Shown: one piece after another, positions 19,637 through 28,255 of the stretch
Layout of the letters: the number at the start of each line of letters is the position of its first letter
How positions within the stretch are numbered: the first letter of the stretch is position 1
Assembly (NCBI GenBank): GCA_965116885.1
Contig: OZ220741.1
Span: 1,920,001 to 1,984,000, forward strand
DNA length: 64,000 bases
From: Candidatus Latescibacterota bacterium
GTDB taxonomy: Bacteria; Latescibacterota; UBA2968
Direction of reading: 5' to 3'
Notes under the pieces: model-generated
Database searches by the model: none
The model's input: only the letters and a program-made list of their open reading frames with translations
Told to the model about the DNA's origin: nothing
Translations under genes and position numbers: made by a program

Positions 19637-21541
19637 ATGGAGTATTTTTTTTCTGGGTTGACAGGTACAGGAACACGCGTAGGCGTCATTGATAGCGGTT
19701 TTAATGCAGGAAAAAAAAACGTGCATGTGTTGAATGGCACCAGTTTCTGTAATGGCGATTCCCAACCAGATTCAAAGTATAAAGATATGATAGGCCACGG
19801 CACAGCAGGTATTGGCGTCATCCACTCTAAAGCTCCCAATGCTGAATTTTTGCCTGTCAAAATTTTTGAGTCAGAGCTGATAGCGACAATGGATATTTTG
19901 TGCAAGGCGATTTACTGGTGTGTTGAACATCACTGTCACATTATCAATTTGAGTTTAGGCACTCTGGATGAGAGTAATAGCGATATTTTGAAGAATGCCT
20001 GTGATTTTGCACACAAACACCAGACGTTCATTGTTGCTGCGACATCAAATGATGGACAACCGAGTATTCCCGCGTCTTTTCCCAATGTCTTTGGCGTAGC
20101 AGGGGGAAAAGTTAATGGAAAATTTGATTACTTTTATGATCCGCACGAAAAAATACAATTTGTCGCGCGGGGTGATCGTCAACGCTTGGATTGGCTGGGA
20201 GGCAAACAGATATTTATGGGCGGGTCGAGCTTCGCGGCTCCGCATATTTCTGGCTTGATTGCTCTGATCATAGAGAAATATAATGGCATAACTTTCAACG
20301 ATCTGATAGAAATTTTGCAGAAACATTCCTTAACTCAATGTCCCAAGCTGGTAGATAGTAGCACTTATGCGATGAGCGAGATGCCCAGGTCCCGCTCAGA
20401 CGTTTCTATCCGCGATCTCAATAAGGCAAACACGCCAGGCTGGATAGAAGAGGCTGTTATTTTTCCATATAACAAAGAAATGCATGGATTGGTGCGGTTT
20501 CGGGAGTTATTGCCATTTAGACTTACAAGGGTAGTTGACGTTATTGGTAAAAGAACCATAGGCAAAGATTGTGGAAAGGTTATTGGTGGGTCCGAATCTA
20601 ATTTGATCATACAACAAAATTTGGAAGACTGCCTGCAATACGGCGATACGCTCGTTTTGGGTTATTTGGATGAAATTAGCCGGATTAAGAAACGCGATGT
20701 GTTACAAGAATCTCTGGAATTGGCATTGAAGCATAACAAGAATGTTTATAGTCTGAGTCCCATTGCAAATAAGCAATACGAAAGCATAAGCAAAGCATTT
20801 GAAGAAAAACATCTGTATTATGCAGCACCAACCATAGATTTTGCAACTTATGAGGTTTTGACCAAAACTTATGATTGGAGAAGCAGAAGCCAGAAACCTG
20901 TCGTGGGCATATTTGGGACAGGACCGCAGCAAGGCAAGTTCACTGCACAATTGGCACTGAGAAAACAATTACAAAAAATTGGCTATAAAGTTGGTCAATT
21001 GGGTACAGAACATCAATCTGCGTTATTTGATTTCGATTTTACATTTCCAAATGGATATGATGGGCATCAGAGCATCCAAATTCCCATGGATTTGCACATT
21101 CCACTTCTAAATTCCGCTATGGTCGGTATCGAACAATTAGACCCGGATATCATCGTTGTTGGCGGTCAGTCCGGTATTATACCTCATAACTTTTACGAAA
21201 AATCTCAGAGTTATACTTTGCCCTCATTGATCTTGCTTTTTGGAACCGTTCCCGATGCTTATGTCCTGCTCGTTAATTCTATCGACGAGCCTGAATTTAT
21301 ACAAGAAAATATCCGAGTATTAGAGAGCCTGGGAAAAGGAAAAGTGATTCTGCTTGTTTTTAGTGATAAGAAAAAAATTGTTAATAACACTGTTAATACA
21401 GTCGTCAACCAGCCGCTTTGTAGAGAGGAAATTTGTCAAACGATATTGACTTTGGAATCAACGCATTGCATTCCTGCGACTGAGATAATTAGCGCAGAAG
21501 GACAAAAAAAGATGGCCGATGTTGTTGTTGATTTTTTCTGA
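19637..21541 (+). CDS. S8 (subtilisin-like) peptidase fused to a DUF1611-like P-loop domain
   Basis: Catalytic triad motifs VIDSG, GHGT, GSSFAAPHISG; C-terminal half has GIFGTGPQQGKFTAQL, GTE and IIVVGGQSG; no signal peptide. Confidence 0.85.
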   Translation: MEYFFSGLTGTGTRVGVIDSGFNAGKKNVHVLNGTSFCNGDSQPDSKYKDMIGHGTAGIGVIHSKAPNAEFLPVKIFESELIATMDILCKAIYWCVEHHCHIINLSLGTLDESNSDILKNACDFAHKHQTFIVAATSNDGQPSIPASFPNVFGVAGGKVNGKFDYFYDPHEKIQFVARGDRQRLDWLGGKQIFMGGSSFAAPHISGLIALIIEKYNGITFNDLIEILQKHSLTQCPKLVDSSTYAMSEMPRSRSDVSIRDLNKANTPGWIEEAVIFPYNKEMHGLVRFRELLPFRLTRVVDVIGKRTIGKDCGKVIGGSESNLIIQQNLEDCLQYGDTLVLGYLDEISRIKKRDVLQESLELALKHNKNVYSLSPIANKQYESISKAFEEKHLYYAAPTIDFATYEVLTKTYDWRSRSQKPVVGIFGTGPQQGKFTAQLALRKQLQKIGYKVGQLGTEHQSALFDFDFTFPNGYDGHQSIQIPMDLHIPLLNSAMVGIEQLDPDIIVVGGQSGIIPHNFYEKSQSYTLPSLILLFGTVPDAYVLLVNSIDEPEFIQENIRVLESLGKGKVILLVFSDKKKIVNNTVNTVVNQPLCREEICQTILTLESTHCIPATEIISAEGQKKMADVVVDFF

Positions 21542-21572
21542 GATCAAGACCTCAAGGATAGGGAGAAAGTAA

Positions 21573-22295
21573 ATGCAAGAAATTCGGAAAATGTCGCTGA
21601 TTTTGAATATCCTGTTATCTGTTTTTCTTATGGTTGCGTTATTTGGGATATGGAAGTTGAAAAATACGAACGCTCGTCGTTGGGAGGAAATCAGAGAGCT
21701 TCGAAAAGAGAATGCAGATTATAAGGAGCACATAAATACTTCTACTTATGCATCCAATTTTCAAGGACAGGAATTTCCGAAGTTGCAATTGAAAAACATA
21801 AATGGCGATTGGATTTCAACAGACTTTTCTAAAACAGGAAAAGGATTGGTTCTGGTCTTCAAGCCGCGAGACTGTCAGCCTTGTCTAATCACCCAGATAA
21901 AGTTATTGGAGCATGTGTACCAAAATCAAGATCCCTCAAAACGCTTTCCAATTTATGCTTTTGCCAATGCTACTCCAGAAGTATTGAAAAAATTTAAAAA
22001 GAGTTTTGATCTCCATTACGAGTTGCTTCCGGATACTGAGAACAAGTTATTCGAAAATCAATTACTTACCCGTCGTACCCCTGCTATCTTTGTTGTGAAC
22101 AAACAAAATATTATAACGCATTGTCATTTGCCCTCAAAGGACCGCCCTCAAAATACAGTCCTCTTTTTTGGTGTGATTCAAAGACATTTGCCTTTGCAAA
22201 AACCACTTCTGAACGATCATCTTGAAGGAGTAACCTATTCTCAAATTATTGCCAAAGATTTTGATATTGATCCTTTATCTACATTGATGTATTGA
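21573..22295 (+). CDS. Membrane-anchored redoxin (TlpA/AhpC-like thioredoxin fold)
   Basis: N-terminal TM helix, GQEFPKLQLKNING, CQPC, TPAIFVVN. Confidence 0.75.
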   Translation: MQEIRKMSLILNILLSVFLMVALFGIWKLKNTNARRWEEIRELRKENADYKEHINTSTYASNFQGQEFPKLQLKNINGDWISTDFSKTGKGLVLVFKPRDCQPCLITQIKLLEHVYQNQDPSKRFPIYAFANATPEVLKKFKKSFDLHYELLPDTENKLFENQLLTRRTPAIFVVNKQNIITHCHLPSKDRPQNTVLFFGVIQRHLPLQKPLLNDHLEGVTYSQIIAKDFDIDPLSTLMY

Positions 22296-22339
22296 TATTT
22301 ACGAACAAGATGTGGCAGGGCAAAAAGATTGATATAAAT

Positions 22340-22422
22340 AGCCGCTGACAGGCCCTGGTGAGTCGAGTGTCGGTGGTAGGGCGCAACAGCAGTTCAAAGT
22401 CCAAGCATTTGAGAATATGAGC
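22340..22422 (+). repeat. Structured leader element, copy 4
   Basis: GCCGCTGACA-GGCCCTGGTGAGTC-GAG-TGTCGGTGGT (22341-22377) plus GCAGTTCAAAG...CAAGCATTTG segment. Confidence 0.88.
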
Positions 22423-22522
22423 ATGAGAGCCTGATTTTACTTGAAGCCCATCAAGTAAAGAGTCGCTTATACGCACGCAGGTCCATGCAGAATATGACTC
22501 AAAAAGTAAAGGAGGTGATACT

Positions 22523-22738
22523 ATGAAAGCATTGACCAAGCCGAAGAAGTTTCAGGCTATGTCTCGTATCTATGGATACGAGTTAGAATGGGATGTGGAC
22601 CCCCCGGCTGTCTGTGTCACAACAGGAAGTATCAATGTTAACGACGAGGATCCAGATAATCCTAAAGAGGAGATATACGTGTGCGAGGGTACGTGTGAAC
22701 CGTATTACGATTGCGACGTCGACAGCGACTGTGAATGA
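22523..22738 (+). CDS. Cys/acid-rich precursor peptide A (71 aa)
   Basis: Strong AAAGGAGGTGA RBS; leader MKALTKPKKFQAMSRIYGYEL shared with peptide B; core has 5 Cys. Confidence 0.88.
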   Translation: MKALTKPKKFQAMSRIYGYELEWDVDPPAVCVTTGSINVNDEDPDNPKEEIYVCEGTCEPYYDCDVDSDCE

Positions 22739-22823
22739 CCTCAATTATCAATGCCGGCTCATTTTGGTGTGAAGAGGTATTCGATTGCAACGAATGCTGA
22801 TCCGTGGCTGTCGTTTAAAAAGC

Positions 22824-22910
22824 GAGCTTGATGGGCTTCAAGTTTGGATCGGTGTTCTCGGTAAACAGGCTTGGAACACCGATCCAACGATAAATAATAA
22901 GGATTATCAT
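22824..22910 (+). repeat. Conserved 3' structured element after precursor A
   Basis: GCTTGA-TGGGCT-TCAAGT hairpin, then a 14-bp stem TTGGATCGGTGTTC/GAACACCGATCCAA; paralogous to 27321-27407. Confidence 0.88.
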
Positions 22911-22912
22911 TA

Positions 22913-24019
22913 ATGAAGAAAAAAAAATTATTGGTTTCAGTGGAGTGGCTAACACTCCTCTTTCTCATCCTTGGAGGTTGCGAAAAGAGTGCGGTTGAAA
23001 ACCAGAAAGCGGTTGAAAATCAGAAAGATGCAATCGTTCTCGATACGCAAACACAAGGAACCCATCTCTCATTGGTTGGTGATATCACGCTGGAGCTCCC
23101 AGAGGCTGGCCCCGCACTCGGTAGGGTAGGTTCTGTGACGATTGCGGAGGACTATATCATAATTTTAGATAACCTGAGAAAAAGTGTTGAAGTTTTTGAC
23201 AGAGAGGGAAACTACAAGTGGCCTATTGGCAGTCGGGGGGACGGAGTAGGCCAGTACAAGATACCGAGCGGGTCTGCTATTATACCCAATACCGACCAAA
23301 TACTGATCTACGATGGAGGTCCCATAAAAATTCTTCGTTTCTCACTCAAAGGTGAATTTATAGGGCGGGTAAGGCTATCTGAGAGACGCGCCATTAATCG
23401 TATGGTGGTTTCTGAAGGTCACAATTTCATTCATACTTATGTTGATAGAAACAGAAACGGTATGCTTTGTGTAACTTCTCTGGACACAGGTGAAGACCTC
23501 GCTAAGTTCAAAGTCTGCGAGCCTGAATATAGACGCCTATTTTTTGCTTTTAAGCGTTTTCAAGGGCTTGCTTATGACGAAGCGCGAAAAATCATATACT
23601 TTGTCCTACCGTGGGGTGGTGAGGTTGTGCGGATTGATTTGGCAACGCAGGAGTTTCTCCCTTCTCTAACTATAAATCATCCCAAATTTATCAGTCTTAA
23701 ATTAGAAGAGGACAAAACTGCAAAAAAATTATTAAAAACTAAGTTTAGTAGATTGTACGGCATGTCTCTTCTGTCTTCGGGAGATGTTTTACTCAGGTAC
23801 CTGTTCAGGGATTCATCAAACAGTACTGCGTTTATACTTTTTTCTGACCTGAGCGTGGAGCCTTATGCCCAAGAGATGAAAAATGAACTGAGATACAATA
23901 GTTTCACTTCTCAGGGGATGTCTATATATGAGTATTTATCGCCTGCCGATGACGAGGATACGAATGGTAAGATTCGTATCTATCGTCTTATCGATACTCC
24001 TGAATCCCCTACCGGCTAA
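22913..24019 (+). CDS. Beta-propeller (NHL/TolB-like) lipoprotein
   Basis: Lipobox-like LILGGC after a basic/hydrophobic N-terminus; VFDREGNYKWPIGSRGDGVGQY repeat pattern; AVENQK tandem duplication at 22991-23026. Confidence 0.75.
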   Translation: MKKKKLLVSVEWLTLLFLILGGCEKSAVENQKAVENQKDAIVLDTQTQGTHLSLVGDITLELPEAGPALGRVGSVTIAEDYIIILDNLRKSVEVFDREGNYKWPIGSRGDGVGQYKIPSGSAIIPNTDQILIYDGGPIKILRFSLKGEFIGRVRLSERRAINRMVVSEGHNFIHTYVDRNRNGMLCVTSLDTGEDLAKFKVCEPEYRRLFFAFKRFQGLAYDEARKIIYFVLPWGGEVVRIDLATQEFLPSLTINHPKFISLKLEEDKTAKKLLKTKFSRLYGMSLLSSGDVLLRYLFRDSSNSTAFILFSDLSVEPYAQEMKNELRYNSFTSQGMSIYEYLSPADDEDTNGKIRIYRLIDTPESPTG

Positions 24020-24120
24020 TAGCGAAAGTCAACTCGTTGAGCATCTCTATCATCACTATTTTCAATGATTAATCCGACGACATTTTTCACGGGTATTCTT
24101 CGTTTATATCACGGGTGAAT

Positions 24121-25890
24121 ATGAAGGACAAACAACAAGTCATATCAGCTATTTCCAATATCTCTAAGCAGAGACACGTCTTTTATCATTTTTTGAAATT
24201 TCTAAGACCGTATTGGATACACGAAAGCATTGTTTTCGTCCTCATGATTTTAGGGACCGTTAGCTCGCTGGCCTTTCCCTATATCATGAAAATTATTATT
24301 GATGACGTGTTTCCAAACAAAGATTATGAACTCTTGATATTTATTTTGCTTCTGCTCCTGGGCATTACAGTAGGCAATATCATTATTAGTTTTTGTTCAA
24401 ACTATTTATTTGCCTGGATAAAAAATCGCGTTATGCTGGATATAAGAAGCCATCTTTTTGACCACTTAATCCAGTTGCCATTGAGCTTTTATGATCGCAA
24501 TAAATCTGGGGATATTGTTTATAGAATGAGCAACGAAGTTGATAGAATACAGTCGTTTATCACTTCAAGTGCTTTGAGTCTTGTACATAGCTTGCTGACA
24601 CTCATAGGGCTTACTGTGGCTCTCTGCTGGTTGAACTGGCAGCTATTTTTGGTTTCTATTATTGTAATACCTTTTCTGGCACTCAATATTCGCTACTTCC
24701 AGCCCAAGATAAGAGATATTACGGAACGAGGACGAAAGAAAGGCTCTGAAGTTATGAGCTATTTGATTGAGCGATTTGAGACTGTCCAATTGATTCAGGT
24801 CTATAATGCCTATCATTACGAAAACAATAGATTGTGGTCGCAGCTAAATGATCTCCTGAGTATCAATATGCAAAATGTAACCTGCTCTGGAGCTATGAGG
24901 TCCATTTCGAGATTTTTAACGTCATTGACGCCTGCAATCATTCTGGGATGGGGAGGGCATAAGGTGATGTTGGGGGTTATGAGCCTGGGGGCATTGGTTG
25001 CTTTTTTGCAATACCTGTCGCGCCTTTTTGCACCATTTAGAAATCTCAACCGCCTTTATATCGCCCTCATCCGTGTATCTGTTTCAATGAAACGAGTATT
25101 CGAATTTCTCGAGATTGATGTTCAGAAAATAACAGATGGGTCTGCCGCCAGTCCGTTTTCTTTTCAAAAGGAGATTGCGTTCACCAACCTCAATTTTGGA
25201 TATAATGGACAACCCGTTTTGCAGGACTTCAGTTTAAGACTGGAGAAAGGAAAAAAATATGCTCTGGTGGGGTCAAGTGGTTGTGGCAAGAGTTCATTAG
25301 TAAATGTACTGTGTCGTTTTTATGACTTGAATACAGGTGTGATTACTATTGACCATACACCGATTACCGATATCAAGCTGTATGATCTGAGAGAGCATAT
25401 TGGTCTGGTAACCCAGGAGAATCAAGTTTTTCATGATACAATCTGGAATAATATCCGATACAGCAAGCTGGAAAGTACGCCTGAAGAAATCAATCGAGCG
25501 ATCAGCATAGCTGGTTTGAATGAATTTATTGAGAGGGCTGAAGATGGTGCGCTTACGCTTATCGGTGACCGAGGTAACACACTGTCGGCTGGACAAAGGC
25601 AGCGTATTGCTATTGCGCGTGCAATTTTGAGAGACTCGGATATTCTGATCCTGGATGAAGCTACGTCGGCACTGGATTCTGAAAGCGAAGGTGAAATTAT
25701 AGCAAATTTACAGGATCTATATGAAAATAAGACGATGATTGTGATTAGCCACAGACTCAGCACGATCCAGCAGGTAGATGAGATTATTTGCTTGGATGAG
25801 GGGAGAGTTGTGGAGCAAGGAGCACATGAGGAGTTGATGGAGAAGAAGGGGTATTATTGGCGTCTTTTTCGCAAGCAACTTATCGCATAG
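24121..25890 (+). CDS. ABC exporter, fused permease and ATPase (no C39 peptidase domain)
   Basis: TM domain, then GSSGCGKS, LSAGQRQR, ILDEATSALD, ISHRLST. Confidence 0.95.
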   Translation: MKDKQQVISAISNISKQRHVFYHFLKFLRPYWIHESIVFVLMILGTVSSLAFPYIMKIIIDDVFPNKDYELLIFILLLLLGITVGNIIISFCSNYLFAWIKNRVMLDIRSHLFDHLIQLPLSFYDRNKSGDIVYRMSNEVDRIQSFITSSALSLVHSLLTLIGLTVALCWLNWQLFLVSIIVIPFLALNIRYFQPKIRDITERGRKKGSEVMSYLIERFETVQLIQVYNAYHYENNRLWSQLNDLLSINMQNVTCSGAMRSISRFLTSLTPAIILGWGGHKVMLGVMSLGALVAFLQYLSRLFAPFRNLNRLYIALIRVSVSMKRVFEFLEIDVQKITDGSAASPFSFQKEIAFTNLNFGYNGQPVLQDFSLRLEKGKKYALVGSSGCGKSSLVNVLCRFYDLNTGVITIDHTPITDIKLYDLREHIGLVTQENQVFHDTIWNNIRYSKLESTPEEINRAISIAGLNEFIERAEDGALTLIGDRGNTLSAGQRQRIAIARAILRDSDILILDEATSALDSESEGEIIANLQDLYENKTMIVISHRLSTIQQVDEIICLDEGRVVEQGAHEELMEKKGYYWRLFRKQLIA

Positions 25891-25893
25891 GGA

Positions 25894-26403
25894 ATGGAAC
25901 TGGTGAGTTTAGAATTTCGCAATCCTGACATAAAATTAATTCTCCTGCGTGTATTGGTCATCCAAGTTTTGGGAATAGGCACAGGATTGATTTATACTGT
26001 TATTTTTAGTGAACAGCTTTTGTTCGGCGAGGTTGAAACCTCTGAAAAACAAGATGATATAACGTATGTCTCTTTAGAAGTTCTTCAAAATATAATTCAT
26101 TCGAAATCAAAAATATTACTCATCGATGGGCGTTCTGAATCTGCTTATCACAGAGGCCATATTCCAGGGGCTGTGAACATACCGTATATTCAGCGCGATT
26201 ATTTTTTTCGTCAGCTTTTGGCTGATGTTGCTCGTGAGACCCTAATAATTGTCTATTGTTCTGGCAAGAATTGTAATATCAGTGTCAAATTGGCGAGGTC
26301 TCTATCAGGGGAATTTGGATTTATACATGTTCGAGTTTTTGAGGGAGGATGGGAGGAATGGGTAAAGGGAAAAAATCCGATCCAAACGAGTTTTGACAGA
26401 TGA
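25894..26403 (+). CDS. Rhodanese-like domain protein
   Basis: IDGRS...GHIPGAVNIP, IVYCSGKNC, EGGWEEW. Confidence 0.9.
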   Translation: MELVSLEFRNPDIKLILLRVLVIQVLGIGTGLIYTVIFSEQLLFGEVETSEKQDDITYVSLEVLQNIIHSKSKILLIDGRSESAYHRGHIPGAVNIPYIQRDYFFRQLLADVARETLIIVYCSGKNCNISVKLARSLSGEFGFIHVRVFEGGWEEWVKGKNPIQTSFDR

Positions 26404-26867
26404 TTATACCTGCTAAATTAGCCTGGACAGGAACCGTAGTCCGGATATTTCTGGGACTTATTCTCGGATGGGCCGGGGTTGTAAAAATCCGTAATCCGAA
26501 AGCATTTATTGAAATTGTTAAAGCCTACAATTTGCTACCTGAGGAATTGGTCGTGCTATGGGGGATCTTCTTGCCCTGGATTGAGCTTGTGACAGGTTTA
26601 TTTTTATTTCTCGGTTTGTGGCACAGGAGTGCCGTGCTCAGTTGTTCTGGTCTCTTTTTTGTATTTGCAGCAGCCGTAGGCATTAATATTCTCCGGGGGG
26701 CAGATATCGCCTGTGGTTGTTTTGGGTTCAATGACACCAATTTGTATGTTGTGTTGTTCCAGGACCTGGTTTTCTTGCTTTGCTGTTATTTTTTGGTTTT
26801 TCTAAAATCTACACCTTATTCTCTGGACCATTGCTTTTCTACTTCTCAAAGTGGTGGACTTTCGTAA
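26400..26867 (+). CDS. MauE/DoxX-family membrane protein
   Basis: RIFLGLI...LPWIEL...GADIACGCFG. Confidence 0.88.
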   Translation: MIIPAKLAWTGTVVRIFLGLILGWAGVVKIRNPKAFIEIVKAYNLLPEELVVLWGIFLPWIELVTGLFLFLGLWHRSAVLSCSGLFFVFAAAVGINILRGADIACGCFGFNDTNLYVVLFQDLVFLLCCYFLVFLKSTPYSLDHCFSTSQSGGLS

Positions 26868-26880
26868 AGTATTCCCTGGC

Positions 26881-26979
26881 AAAAGCCGCCGACAGACCCT
26901 GGCGAGTCGAGTGTCGGTGGTAGCCCCCAGGGGTAGGTTGTAGTAGCAGTTCAAAGCGCAAGCATTTGGGAATGTGAGC
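26881..26979 (+). repeat. Structured leader element, copy 5
   Basis: GCCGCCGACA-GACCCTGGCGAGTC-GAG-TGTCGGTGGT (26885-26921), a short insertion, then the second conserved segment. Confidence 0.9.
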
Positions 26980-27083
26980 GTGAGAGCATGCATGGTTTTA
27001 CTTGAAGCCCATCAAGTAAGGTGCCTCTTATATGCACGCATATTCATGCAGGATATGACTGAAAAAGTAAAGGAGGTGATACT

Positions 27084-27284
27084 ATGAAAGCTTTGACCAA
27101 GCCGGAGAAGTTTCGATCTATGTCTCGTATCTATGGATATGAGCTACCAGATGATATAATAGGATATCAATGTGAATTTCAAGGCTATACCGATATTGTC
27201 GTAGATGGTGTGGTCGTTGGTCAAACGGAAGATTGGGACTGCGTGAGTGTAGTTGATGAGATATTCGATTGCGACGGCTGCTAA
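27084..27284 (+). CDS. Cys/acid-rich precursor peptide B (66 aa)
   Basis: Same RBS and leader (MKALTKPEKFRSMSRIYGYEL) as peptide A; core has 4 Cys and ends DCDGC. Confidence 0.88.
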   Translation: MKALTKPEKFRSMSRIYGYELPDDIIGYQCEFQGYTDIVVDGVVVGQTEDWDCVSVVDEIFDCDGC

Positions 27285-27320
27285 TCCGTGGCTCTCGTTG
27301 AAAAACTAAGGTGTGCTACT

Positions 27321-27407
27321 GAGCTTGATGGGTTTCAAGTTTGGATCGGTGTTCTCGGTAAACAGGCTGGGGATACCGATCCAACGATAATAGTAAGGAT
27401 TATCATT
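27321..27407 (+). repeat. Conserved 3' structured element after precursor B
   Basis: Paralog of 22824-22910; the stem substitutions create G-U pairs. Confidence 0.88.
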
Positions 27408-27545
27408 GGGGATGGCGTAGGCCAGTTGAAGATTGCGATATTCTCGTATCGGAACCGTGTCTTTTATGATACATCAAAAGGACAATCCAATGAACAAGGC
27501 GATATGTAGTTGGCCTGAATTTGATATCGAAGAAGAATTGAACAG

Positions 27546-28199
27546 ATGATTGTGAATGATAGGTTTAAGAGGATCGTTAGGACGATTTTGTGCAAAGTAT
27601 TTAGTCAAGGTATCATTTTTTTAATTTTGATTTTTGGGGGAAGCGGAGTAGTTGCCATTTATGCTTATCCCTTTTTTGCGATAAGTAAACCACTACATGG
27701 CGACATTATGGTCGTAGAAGGATGGTTGCGTGGTGAAGAACTAAGATCGGCATTACAGATTTACAGAGCTGGCAAATACTCTCAGATTGTCGTGACTGGA
27801 GGTCATTTCGCCTATAGCACTGCAACAACTCTTGCCTCAGAATGGCAAATTGATCCCGACCGCGTCAAGGTGGCTGTTCGCGACATGCCGAATGGGAAGT
27901 TTGAGCGAGATCGCACATTTAATTCCGCATTAGGACTTCGTCACTGGCTACTCGAGGCGAATCAAAAAGAAAAAAAAGTTGATATAGTTACGAGAGGTCA
28001 TCATGCCAGGCGTTCGTTTATTTTATTTAAAACCGCCCTTGATGGCGTGGCACAAGTAGGCGTTATAGCTGTTTCCCCCTATAACTACGATCCTGATTAC
28101 TGGTATGATTCAAGTGCAGGGTTCAGGTCGGTTATAGGTGAAATCATCGCCTACATTTATGTAAAACTTATTTTCACTCCTGAGTTTCCCAAAATATAG
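27546..28199 (+). CDS. YdcF/ElyC (DUF218)-like protein
   Basis: N-terminal TM, VVEGW, VVTGG, RTFNSA, HARRS, VIGEIIAYIY. Confidence 0.8.
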   Translation: MIVNDRFKRIVRTILCKVFSQGIIFLILIFGGSGVVAIYAYPFFAISKPLHGDIMVVEGWLRGEELRSALQIYRAGKYSQIVVTGGHFAYSTATTLASEWQIDPDRVKVAVRDMPNGKFERDRTFNSALGLRHWLLEANQKEKKVDIVTRGHHARRSFILFKTALDGVAQVGVIAVSPYNYDPDYWYDSSAGFRSVIGEIIAYIYVKLIFTPEFPKI

Positions 28200-28255
28200 A
28201 GAACAATCTAACATTGATCATCAGGTTTTTCTCCCAATAAACGCGATCTTTTCTT

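Noticed and set aside
22279..22539. Minus-strand ORFs sharing TTDTRL (also 26802-26993)
   Set aside because: The similarity is just the reverse translation of the repeated element; starts and lengths are not conserved.
22991..23026. 18-bp tandem duplication (AVENQK x2)
   Set aside because: In-frame duplication in a lipoprotein linker; common and uninformative.
14093..26979. Repeated element as a CRISPR array, integron attC or minus-strand terminator
   Set aside because: Spacing is kilobases and irregular, there is no cas or intI gene and no clear RYYYAAC/GTTRRRY ends; the stem substitutions would be A-C mismatches on the minus strand.
27288..27509. 73-aa ORF after precursor B
   Set aside because: It overlaps the conserved 3' hairpins, has no RBS, and no equivalent ORF is listed after precursor A.
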